A DNA stretch of 62,566 bases from positions 11,403 through 73,968 of the forward strand of contig NW_004798009.1 of NCBI RefSeq assembly GCF_000002075.1. The letters are read 5' to 3'. This DNA comes from Aplysia californica. Lineage: Eukaryota. The notes below the pieces were generated by a model. It was given only the letters and a program-made list of their open reading frames with translations. It was not told the origin of the DNA and did no database searches. The translations under genes were made by a program, and so were the position numbers. Position 1 is the stretch's first letter, and the number at the start of each line of letters is the position of its first letter. Shown in pieces: positions 37,301 to 49,909 of this stretch.

Positions 37301-40300
37301 TACACACAACATGCCACTCACCAAAGAGTCTATATTGACCACCGCCACCTTGTCATCCACTGTGACTGTGACACGGTCTCGCTGCACCAGCTTGCTGGTA
37401 CTCTCTGACCCAAACATCTCAGCCAGCATTTCCAGCAGACATTCTTGGAAGTGGGCACGGTCGATCTTCATGGGAGGGGGGATGTCTGTGGGAACAAGAG
37501 AAAGATCAGAAAAACGCTAATGAAATAATAGCATAAGCAGCAGCAGCAGCAGCAACAGCAGCGCAATACATCAAATTTTCCCATTTACTCCCCCTATTAC
37601 GAAATGTCTGGATGACTATTGTAAAGTTCGGTCTTTAAGCCGGCGACATTTTTTTCCTCAGCTTTAAACCCAGCGGCTTAATTTGTCGATTTTCCCAATT
37701 GCAGTACCGTCACGGCCTCATCTATTCTTAGCTCTAGGGTTAACTAGTGTTTATGTTCATACTCCATGTTAAAGAGTTGGCCGCAAAGTGTTAACTGTTC
37801 ACATTGTTAAGCTAGGGACACGGTGACACAGACAGGGTCAGTCAGTTGCTGTCACAGCAGCACATCAAAAAGTGTGCACGCCAAAACCGCTCATGATTTC
37901 TATTAAAACACACCAACCCCGCTATGTTGAACACGGACAGGCACAGACAGCAACAGCCAGCAACAGCCAGCGACAGTCAGGAAAATTCGAAAAGTGCGTG
38001 CACTACTTCTCCTGTCTGTCTGTTTCAAGGGAGTTAAATAAAGATACGATCACAGTGATTGTTCTTGTCAAGATGGAGGATTTTGAAGAGAAACTGATCA
38101 TTGCGGTGCAAGAAAGGCCAGCAATTTATGACAAGAGCGAAAAACATCACGCTAATCGTGATTATATATTGAAGCAGTGGGATACCATTGGCCATGAATT
38201 GGGATCGGATGGTAAGTGTTAAAAAAATAATAGATTCATGATCAATTTTATGCAGATTCTAGATATATCATCACCAACATCAATACCATCATCATCATCC
38301 TCATGAACACAATTGAACGTCTTAATTTCCTTCGTAACCACAATAATAATAAGAGTTTCTTCTTCTTTGTCAGCGCCATGATTGACAATGTTGCTGTCTC
38401 TTGCTGCCTGTTTGAATGTGACCACATTTCCCTGTGCCTGTCCGTCCCTGTGCGACAGCAAGTCTGTCTGTGTCACCGCGTTTGTACCCTTACAGTGCTA
38501 ACTGCTCACATTCAAATCAAGGCAAGGCTCAATCTGTTCAACTCTAACGCCAAAAAAGAAGATTTCAGCCGACAGGACAATGATGACACAGAATAAATGT
38601 GACGTACATATCTGTGTTGTTTAATCTGCTGTGGCTTATAAACCAGCATATCTCATTTGTGTAAAAAAAGTTTAGATTTTTTTTTTTTTTAATTTAGTTG
38701 GAGCGGCTTATAGACAGGTGCCGTCATAAGATCCAACTTCACAGTAAATATGGTGGGTCATGCATTTCCCTCAACATCCTAAGAACAAGCTATCTTGTGG
38801 CTAGCGAATCGGTAGCCCCTCCCCCTCCCCGGCATCAGCTAGATTGTACCTTTACCTTCAGGTCATACGTCAGAGAAAGGGGAAGAAGAAAAATAGGAAC
38901 AGCTAGGTAATTATGAAGATATTTTATGCATGCGTGCTGATATTTCACTCATGGCACATAAAGAATTAATTTTCTCACTTTTGACTGGGATGGGGTCACG
39001 TTCTGCCTTCAACAGGACAGCAATGACGGCATCAGCATACATGTCCGTCACAGGATTGGCTGTCCACTCGACATATGCCACACCAGAGTCCAGCGTGACC
39101 TTGACGGAGGCAAAGGCTTGGATAACGGTGTGGGGAGAGCTGGAGACAAACTCTATGTCGCCCGCCAGCTGGTTGAGGTAGTAGGTGAGCAGCGCAGGAC
39201 CCCCAGAGAACGACACGCTCATGCGCTGGGCCACCGTGCTCATCGCCAGGTCTGTGTAGCCTGGAAAACGAGGAACATCGATAAGTCAAGTCAGGACAAG
39301 ACAAGGCAAGACAAGGCAAGACAGGACAAGACAAGACAAGGCAAGGCAAGACAAGGCAAGGCAAGGCAAGGCAAGACAAGACAGGACAAGACAAGACAAG
39401 GCAGACAAGGCAAGGCAAGACAAGACAAGACAAGTCAGGACAAGACAAGACAAGGCAAGGCAAGACAAGACAAGGCAGACAAGGCAAGACAAGACAAGAC
39501 AAGGCAAGGCAAGGCAAGACAAGGCAAGACAAGGCAGACAAGACAAGGCANNNNNNNNNNNNNNNNNNNNNNNNNNNNNNNNNNNNNNNNNNNNNNNNNN
39601 NNNNNNNNNNNNNNNNNNNNNNNNNNNNNNNNNNNNNNNNNNNNNNNNNNNNNNNNNNNNNNNNNNNNNNNNNNNNNNNNNNNNNNNNNNNNNNNNNNNN
39701 NNNNNNGGCAAGACAAAACAAGTTATACAATCGAAATTGTCCAAGACAGCCACTCATTGTCGAGGAGAAAAATAGTCGACTCGGACAGGTGGACATCTTA
39801 CCGTGCCACTATAATGTAAAGAATACACAAGGGAAGAAAAAGGAAGTGGCCGTTTGTACAGGTGATTGTCTTATTCATGTGGCCGTTAAAGGAGGTTCCA
39901 CTGTACTTTAAAGATCCGTCACTGGAAGAAACTGACTGAGTATAAGTTAAGTTGGATCCTTCCCCCATGTCTTTGAGCATCGTGAAAGTCACATCATGTA
40001 TGCATATATATGTTGTGTTGTGTACCCATGTGTTGTGTCATGTAAGCATGTGTTGTGTCATGTACATTCATGTTGTGTTATGTTAGTATGTGTTGTGTCA
40101 TGAACAGTAATGTTGTGTCATGTACAGTAGTGTTGTGTCATGAACAGTAGTGTTGTGTCATGTACAGTAGTGTTGTGTCATGAACAGTAGTGTTGTGTCA
40201 TGAACAGTAGTGTTGTGTCATGTACAGTAGTGTTGTGTCATGTACAGTAGTGTTGTGTCATGTACAGTTATGTTGTGTCATGTAAGTATGTGTTGTGTCA

Positions 40301-43300
40301 TGTACAGTAGTGTTGTGTCATGTACAGTAGTGTTGTGCCATGCACAGTTGTGTCACGTAAACATGTGTTGTCTTTTGTACAGTCGTGCTGTGTCATGTAA
40401 GCATGTGTTGTCTATGTACAATCATGTTGTGTCATGAAGTATTTTGCACTAAAATAGTCATAACACTGATACCACAATCTAGAATATTTTAGGATTAAGA
40501 AATGCAAAACCATCTTGCTACATTGATTGTAATTTGATTTGGGGGGGGAGGGGGGGGGGAAGACACACCTGCATCTGTGATAGGCAGTTATGGGTTTTGC
40601 TGTTCTTCAATACAGAAGACAAGAGTTCAATTCCTGTGTGGGGACAATTTCTATTGAGTATCTTGGTCTTTCTGCTGAGACATTGTATCCCTCTAAGACC
40701 AGGTTGGCATAAATGGTTTATATTATGCCGACTGGGGTGTAGAACACCTACATTTTTTTTAAAAACATTTTAAAAACCCAAACAAATATGCAGACTGGGG
40801 CGTAAAACACCTATATATTTTTTAAAAACATTTTAAAAACCCCAACAACATTTCCAAAGTCATTAGGGAATTGGAGAACTCACTTTGCAGATCTTTGGGT
40901 GCAACAATGTGATAGTTGAAGTTTCTCTTCACCAGAATCCCAGACACCTTGTGACCTTGGGTGGGCGGTTCCGAGGCCAAGTCTCCGACAACCTGAAAGT
41001 TTCATTTTCACAAGAGTTTTACAGCACTTTAAACACATAATATATACGTCATATAACTGCCGAAGATTAGAGGTGTTACAGGAGAGTAACAAACACCAAA
41101 ATAGAAGGAGGAGAGATAAGGACAATAGATGTTTGAAGGGAAAGAAGGAGCAAACCGCATGCCTGGGTTAGCCCTGACAGGCAGCAATACAGCCCGCCTC
41201 CTAAATGATCTAAATTGTGTTGATGGAGGTGTAAAACACCTGCACTTAAACTTAGAACCACATAAAAAAATAAACAGTCCTTTAGTGCAAAGTTAGACAG
41301 ACAGAGACAACAGTGGAAAGAAAAGAAGTAGGACCTATCACTTCCACTTTCCAACCACCCCCTCTGTGGGATGAAAATTTGAAGTTGTTGAGACAAAACC
41401 ATAAGATCATGTAGTTGTAACTGTAGGTGTGTTACATAATTTAGATCATTTAGGAGATGCACCCTTAACTCTCGTCCTACGGGAGCCGGGTTTATGTCGC
41501 CCGATAAGCCTATTTCGGCACCTCGCCTACGTTCTGGTCCCAAATCAGTGTAGCCCCCGGCTCAGCGCACGCGCAGCGCGCATCCTCTTACATGTCATTC
41601 GGGTCCCGAGTCGGATCCCCATTCACGCAGGTCAAGTGTGTGTGTGCGTCAGTCTGCTTGAGTTTGTGTGCGTTTGTGGCCTTCTTCTAGAATTGCCTGC
41701 GTTGGTTCGTAATCGAGGCATACGTCTCATTCAAAACATACCAAGTTGGTAGCTCTAGATGTTCGTCTAATGAAATTATAGAAGAAATTGACCCACTTAG
41801 ACATGAGGAGCTCGAAAGGGTAGTCAGGAAACAAGACTTCCATTTTTCTATACAAAATCTTTCAAATGAGCTTGATTTTGTATGAAATGAACTACCTGAT
41901 AAAAAATAAGCTTGTTTAATAGTTTTGAATACCGTTGTGCAGGTACAAAGAACAATTTGAGTGTAAAACATTCGGAAATTGACCTATATTATCCCCTTTC
42001 GAACCTCAGGTCATTCATAACAACAAGAGCGCCTAGAAAGGTTATTCGAACGGGCTTGACTACTCGTAATGTCTTATCAGCTCGTGAGAGGGGGTTATTC
42101 ATGGGCTTGTAACACTTTATAAATAAAAAGCTATGAAAGATAGAGCGTTATTTTCATCATCGGTTAACACACTCCCACGGTATTCATGGCGAAAACACAC
42201 GTTTCCCGGCGCGCTCGCTGTTCACCAACAGTACACACTGAGTGACCCTGGCGGCCTGCCCGGCGCGTCCGACGTAATCGGTTGCTGATAAGATTCGCAT
42301 CTCGGCACAGACGCAGGACAAGAGTCAAGATCATTTACATGCTTCTCTTCACTTAAACAAAATCTTTCTCTCTCCCACTCCTCCAGTAGTATTTACCATT
42401 CCTCAGCCAACTTCTCTTTGTGCAGATCAATAAAATCCTATCTCTATGTTTTGACCCGAACAATTTCCCATCACAAACACAAGTGCATGGACCCACCTTC
42501 GCCATCTTCTCTCCACGGAAATGCAGCTCTATGGGGACGGTGTTGCGAGGGTTGTGGACCTCCATCTTGTATTCGGTGTCGTCCTCGTACTCCCGCATCA
42601 GAGCAGACTTGAGCCGAGCCATCTCGTTGACCTCACCATGTACCAACACCTGGACAACACAGACAAAGTAGAGGGAACAAAATATATATTATCAACTGGA
42701 TCTTAAATGCACTTAGTGCTAAATATTGAACATTTAAAAAAAATAAATTGCAGTTTCTTAATCTATGTTATTGGCTGTATGTGCTTGAGAAACATTTTGT
42801 TGAAATTCAAATTCTAAATGTTGAAAAAAGGACAAAAAATACACAGTATAGATACATTTGCTAAAAGAAAGAGACAGTTTTTTCTCCCTCTTGTAAAATT
42901 TCACTTTCTGGGCTTAGTACATTTTAGCAGCTTTCCGACGCGAAATTACTTTTTAAATCGCTCTTTGTTGGGGCACCCCATAGTGGCAACCAGCAATGGC
43001 GTAAGTGCAAGACTTCCAAAAGCAGTTTGCCACAAACATACAAGAAGGGGAGGGAGAAAGTGGGAGGAGGGGATGTAGCCAACTTGGCATTCTAAGAGAA
43101 CATTTTCTTGAAGAACAAAAATATTTATTAAGGTGGCCTTCTAATGCTGAGACAGGTATACTGCAAGCAAATTTTACCAAAAGTGTAGAAGAGAATTGAA
43201 AAGAAAAAAAATATTTGCATAATTTGAGAGTTTTAGACCAGGTGTGGTCAGTGCAAAATTGGCAGTATTGTTTTTTAAAAAAGGAAGTCATAGGGGAAAC

Positions 43301-46300
43301 AATTCTAGACAGGGAAGACAACTTCAGCAGAAATCATACATTGCCATCACAACAAAAGGGGGAACCTGGAAGAGACTCCAGCAAAACTCTACCTTCCTCT
43401 TCACCAAATGGGGGAAACAACTCAAGCAAATATCTCTTACCATTACATAGCGTAAAGCCTCCCCCCCCCCCCCCCCATCTAGACATATGAGTTACTCACC
43501 ACATGAGCAGGTTTAAGTTCCCTCAAAAACTCTGATGTCTGTTTGTAGTCTGCATGAGCAGAGAAGGAAATATAGTCCACCGAGCACTTCAGCGGCAGTT
43601 TCTGGCCGCCCATCGTGACAATCTCGTTAGGCTCCGATAGGACATGCTAGAAAAAAGAGAAAAAGATAACTTAGATTAGTAGGACAAGAAATCATTGTAA
43701 TTAATCATTATAATTAGCGCAAGTAAACCCAAATCTCTTTCTATACAACTGCAGAAAAGAATTTTACAGCGAAATTGCTATCAATTTCTTCCTGCAGAGG
43801 ACTAGCTAAGTGTAAGATATTTTACCATATCAAAACTGACTACGCTGCACAGGCAAAGGTGAAGTAGATCAACTTTGCCGATTGATAAAGAGGTTACAAA
43901 AAAATTCTTAAAGGGAAAAGAAACACAGATTCTTATGTGAAGTTACTTTTCAAGGCGACTATAACAAGTTCAGTGAATTTTGCATAAATACTCATCAGTA
44001 AAACTCCACTGTATAGAGTGTCCCGGGCCAAGATAAAAGAAAAACCATAAATAAACGATTGAGACCATTTCAGCCGATGAACAGCTAAATTATATCAACC
44101 CATGCAGCGTATCTCACATAGAGATTCCTTCATGTAAATCTCCGGTGGTGTTTCCCGTATTCATCTAAAAGAAGGGAGGAGGAAAAACGTACATATGAGG
44201 AGAATTATATCCCTTCTTCATTTAAAATGGTTCCTGAAGACCTCAATAGATAAAGTTTCATCAGCATCACATCACAATTGCCAAAATAAAATTCGGGGGG
44301 AGGGGTTCCAGAAAAAGTAATTATTAAAACAAAGACATCAAGGGGCCACTTAAAATATAGATTCATTTTGTTTCCTTATTTCCTTCTTAGGTTCTGATTA
44401 AAAAATCACAAATGCCCAAGTCGTGGTTCTGATTTGGACACCTTTTTATCTATGATTTTTTCAAAACTTAGGGAAAAAAAAGGAAAAAAAATGAAAGCGC
44501 TAGTGGAATGACACTGATGATTTTCTCATAGCACCACCAACAACCTCCAACATGTCCAGCCCTCGTTACCCAGACATATCATCCCTTCATGACTGAAACT
44601 AGGAGTTTTTCTCAGAGTTCTCCCTACAAATCAGAGTTTGGGGGAAAAGAAAGGAGTCTCCCGAACCCCAGTAGATGAAGATAGCATTACAAACTGACTG
44701 TGGCAAATAAAATGTGTGCATAAAAAAAAACTGCCAACAATTAATGTACATTATTTTCACGTCATTCACGATAAGTCATGTAAATATAGAAAATAAACCT
44801 GTGTATTTTCAAGTCATTTATAATGCTGCATACTACCGATGAACACAGAACTCGAGAGAAAAAAAAACAGAACTTTTTGCACATCCCATAGGGGCTCTTC
44901 GATAGGCAAAAAAAAATCTGGGCACTCCAATCTTATCAGAGTAAGTTGCAGGTCCACATACCTTCGCCAGCGTTCCCTCCACACAATATCCAGCAATGAT
45001 GCAGCCATTCCGCTTGTCTGTGCACCAGTTCTCAAACAGCTCCCGGGACAGGCCGCTCTGCATCATACCGGGACTGGCCAGCACAACCGAGGGACCGATG
45101 TCGTCAAATTGTTCCATATTCTGTCAACAAAAGTCACGGAGGTGAAACAAAAACCTAAATTGAACTTGTTCATGTTTACCGTAGAAAAATAATCACACTG
45201 CTCTATATTTCATCGAGAAAGGTAAAGCAGGTGAAACAAAAAACTGAAGAATTAGATTAGCTCAATTTACCATAGCAAACTGCTTTCGTCTGAAAAGATT
45301 GCTTGGAATCCCTCGTATATTTTAAAATACAGCAAGTTTATCTAGCGAAAATTACCAATACAACGTGGTGAAAAATGTGTATATCCGCTAAGTAGCATAT
45401 TTGTACCATACCTTTAAGTTAATGATATGCTTGTAACATACCTCTCTCTAAGTTCATGATATGCTCGTAACATACCTCTCTCTAAGTTCATGATATGCTC
45501 GTAACTAGGGCTGGGTCACGAGCGCGAGAACGGAACTGAATCGCCACTCTTTCCTGCGGAACGTGATTCACGATTCACTTTAGCGGAACGCGGAACAGTA
45601 TCGCCAAACGATTCCCGATTCACTCCCCTGTCGCTGTCACCACCTTGTGGCTTGTTTAACCAACTGCTGAGTCAAGTCACGAGCGCAAGAACGGAACGGA
45701 ACACTTAGTATGGCTCCCCTTATTTTACAAAAGATGGTATAGTCCAACCCCCCTATTAAAACAAAATGAACGGGGTCCAACCAATAGACAGAAGGAATTT
45801 TATGGAGCCATTGTTTTAGCGAATCATGGGGTTGGGGGGATTTATGGGAGTCACTAATTGAGGTCAGTTGATAGAGCAGCGCAACAAAGGGTGTGGGGCG
45901 GAGAGGATGGCGGAACAACAAGAGTGGGACTCGCGCTCGCCAAGTGGCGTTGATATGACACTGTTCCGTTTCAGTCAGTGTTCCGTCACAGCTCCACGAG
46001 CGCTCACGTACTCGCTATTCATTGAAGCCGACTGAATCGCGAATCGCCACTCTCAAATTTGACAAGCAGGATCCAGCCCTACTCGTAACATACCTCTCTC
46101 TAAGTTCATGATATGCTTGTACCGTACCTTTAAGTTAATGATGTGCTTGAACACAAAGGGGTTGCTCATAGTGATCTGTCTGCGGATCTTTTCATTCATG
46201 GCGTTGATGTATGTCTGGTATACGCTCATGCATTTCTTTGCCAACTGTGAGGCGTAGTAGATGGGGATATCGTGCAGTTCTGGGTGGTTGCTCCAGTACT

Positions 46301-49300
46301 CATCTGATAGAAAGGAAGAGGAAAAACGTCCAAGAGGACAAATTATACCCCTTTTTCATTCAATTCAGTTCCTCGAGACCCCAACAGAATACCTTTCCTC
46401 ATGCAATAGCAATATAAATAAACAACTTTTCAATAGAGCATATTCCTGCTAGAAAGTAGACGAGCAAGAATAAAAACATCTTAGATTTGTAATCAGACAA
46501 TTTTGTACGTTCAAGATTTCTCCTGATGGTCCAATGATAGTATTGTAAAGGCAGGTAATAGAACAGAGTTTGTCTTTCAAAAAACAACATTATCACGTTA
46601 ACATCAGCACGGAACAAAACATTTCATAGAAATTAATTGGTCCAACACAGGACAAAGTAAATCACAAGCAAAAAAAATTGTAGTTATAGATGTTTTACGC
46701 CCCTATCGATACAAATACAATTTATATCATTTAGGAAGCAGGCTGCTTTGACCCTGCCTATCAGAGCCAAAGATAAAAAAGTCCTTGCAGACAGACAGAC
46801 AGAGATACTCGATAAGAAAGATAAATTTTATAAATAAATATCCCCACATAGGAATCGAACTCACGTCTCTTACGAGTGACAGCAAGACACCTAACCACTA
46901 CACCACAAATGCCAGTCACCAAAGGCAAGTGGACCGACTAAAACGGCAATGAAATAGAGCAGCGAACTCTATGTTTGAGATTATACATGTTTTACTCCCT
47001 TATCAATGCCATTTACATCAATTAGGAGGACAAACCCAGGTTGAGTGGGGATGTAACATCCCAGCGGACAAACGGAGATACTTGGTGAATTAACTTCCCC
47101 TCAAGGAAATCAAGCTTGAGTCTTCTGATCGTAATGCCGAAACCCTAACCATTACGCCACAAACAAGATGCATTGAGCGCTGGCTTACCTAAAATGAGTA
47201 ACAGCTCCTGAGCTCTCCCCAGAGCGAAGGCAGGGATGAGACAGCGCCCGCCGCGGTTCACGATATCGTGGACCAAACTGGTAAAGCGGTGTTCTCGCTC
47301 ATCTCTGTTCTCATGAATGTGAGTGCCGTATGTAGATTCCTAGGAGAAATCAAATACATCATAAAAGAGACAGATACTAGAAAAGAAATTTAACAGAGGT
47401 AACAGTTTAAATATTTTCTTTTAAAAATTTGAGACAAAACAAAGATGTTAAACAATAGCTTTTAAATGTATTCTGTGTGCAACAGCAAGGGGCCTAACTA
47501 CAACACAAGACGCCCATGTCCTGTACAAGAAGACTACAGCAAATCGTCAGCCAGCTGTTCAGATATATTATGCCCAAAGATCAAAGTTTCTTAATCTATG
47601 GTATAGGTTGCATGTGCTCCAGAATTATATTGTCGAAATTCAAGTTCTAAATATTTTTTTACAAAGCAAGAAGAGATGCATTATATTCGTGCAGTTGTTT
47701 TTTAAAATATGAAGTTTTTTAAATTTCTCCGGAAATATTTTGCTCTATTGGCTTAGAGCAGTCGAACAGCTCTTTGATGAAATGCAGCAACAAACTCACA
47801 ATGATGACGATATCTGGGTGTACGCTCGGCGTCTCTGCACACATCAAATGTCTGTCTTCCTGGCGGGAATAGTCACCTGTGTACAAAATCTGGAGAAAGA
47901 GGTTGAAGACACATGAATAAAACATAATTTTGTTTAGTGTGAAGAAAGAGAAGCACATCTCTCTCCCTCCCTCCCTCTCTCTCTCCATAATCATACAGTG
48001 CTGAGAAACAGAAACACAGACCAATATAAAAAAAAGATCAGCAGACAGACAGATAGAAATAGATAGATAGCAAATTTTAAAAAAGAAAAAGAAATGAAGT
48101 TTGAGAAACAATAAAGGTCATTTAGTGCTGGGGAAAAAAGCAAGAAGGACAGACAGGTAAAACAAACGAATTGTTGTGAAGTAGAACCTACTTAACTAGA
48201 GGCACCCTTAAAACACATGTGTAAAATTCCAATGTACGATCACTTGCCGGGTAAACTAAAGAATAAAGCAACCATTCACCATCTTGTCAAATTAATAATA
48301 ATAATAATATCTTTACGAAGGCTTTACTGTCAAAGCATATCTTTTTCCGTCAGTTATTTTGATGGAAGGATCGGGCTGTGATTAACTTATTTACAGTCCG
48401 ATCCTCTCATAGAAAAGATATGTGACAAGTAAAGATTTGCAGCCATGGAAAAGCACAAAAAGTCGATTTTAGCAAAAACGTAACAAATGGGTTTCTTGAA
48501 CTGAACCATCGACGTATATATAAAATTTTAAACATGTAAAATGACAAGTACAACTATCGTAATATATGATGTGATAAAAAAAATTCACAAGTAATACTTA
48601 CTTTAACTCCAGCAATTTCAATCATGAACATGGCAGCCCCCAGCACGTGGCCCGCGGAATAGCACCAGAACCTCACGCCATTCACGTCTGTTTCCTAACA
48701 AAAAGAAAAAGAGCTATTACAAGTGACTGTAAACGTTTAACACCCCCCCCCCTCCTCCACTGACAATATTTACATCATTTAAGACAAGCACATTTCATGA
48801 GACAGGCATACCATGATATGCTAAACAAAACAAATTCCCCAAGCAGGAATCAAACTCGCATCTTCTGGATACGATGGCAAAGAGCCTTACCGTTACACCC
48901 TTGATGCCGGTAAAGTGAATGAGTAAAAACATGTCAATCTTCATTTTCATTACAACAAACTCCTCATCTTTTTAAATTCTTTAAACGTAGGTGTTTTATT
49001 CCCCAATTAACACAATATTGATCATTCAAGAGGTTGGCATCAACCTGGACTTAGAGGGACACAGCGTCCTAGCAGAAAGACCTGGACACTCTGTAGAAAT
49101 TCTTCTTTTACATTTTTTTTTAAACTCGCAAAAAAGGAATAGCAAAAGCAAATCTCTTCCAACAAAATATATCTCCTCCTTAATGTAAGAAAAAATATTG
49201 TTTCAGGAAAGAGCGTCTTCCTCTTTAACATAAAAACAAAAAACATTACTTTCTTTGGACCATCAGCAGCCAAACCACCACCACCTGCGCCCACTCCTAA

Positions 49301-49866
49301 CCTTCCTTCCCCACTCAAAACAAACATTTTTGGACAAATTATATTTCTTTCTTAACCCTATGAGCCCAAAATATGTTTTTCAAATAGGTTTTTTTTACTT
49401 GGCAGCTATACCATAATATGCATGCATTCAATGCGCACAAGTGTAAAGGTACTGACTCTCGGACTAACCAAATGAGTAATTAGTAACACATTGCATAACG
49501 GCAAACTGATTGTAACAAATATTGCAAAGAATAACAGAGCTTTTCCACACCTGATGGAAGTTGATTGTCTCTATTTTCTCCATGCTTTTTTCAATGTCAC
49601 TGTCAGTGTAGAGCTGATCATCTGATGCAATGTTGCTGAAAAAGAAATGCAACAAAATAGCATACCATGACACCATAACACAAAGAGTGTATCCTCTAAC
49701 ATAACTAAAAAGTGGATAATAAAATATGACAAAAGGCTTTCATACAAGGTATCATAATAATGTATCAAAAACATAACAAAACTGTAAAAGTGTATTAAAC
49801 AATGTAACAAAAACTATTGTATCATTTGATGTAAAACAAGTTTCAAGCAAATGTTTTACTGCATTA

Positions 49867-49909
<43 letters not shown>

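Noticed and set aside
39032-39819. Long ORFs of CLVLS/QDKTR repeats
   Set aside because: Pentamer satellite plus assembly gap.
40010-40436. CRISPR-like array
   Set aside because: Head-to-tail 20-bp units without unique spacers, eukaryotic intron context, no cas genes.
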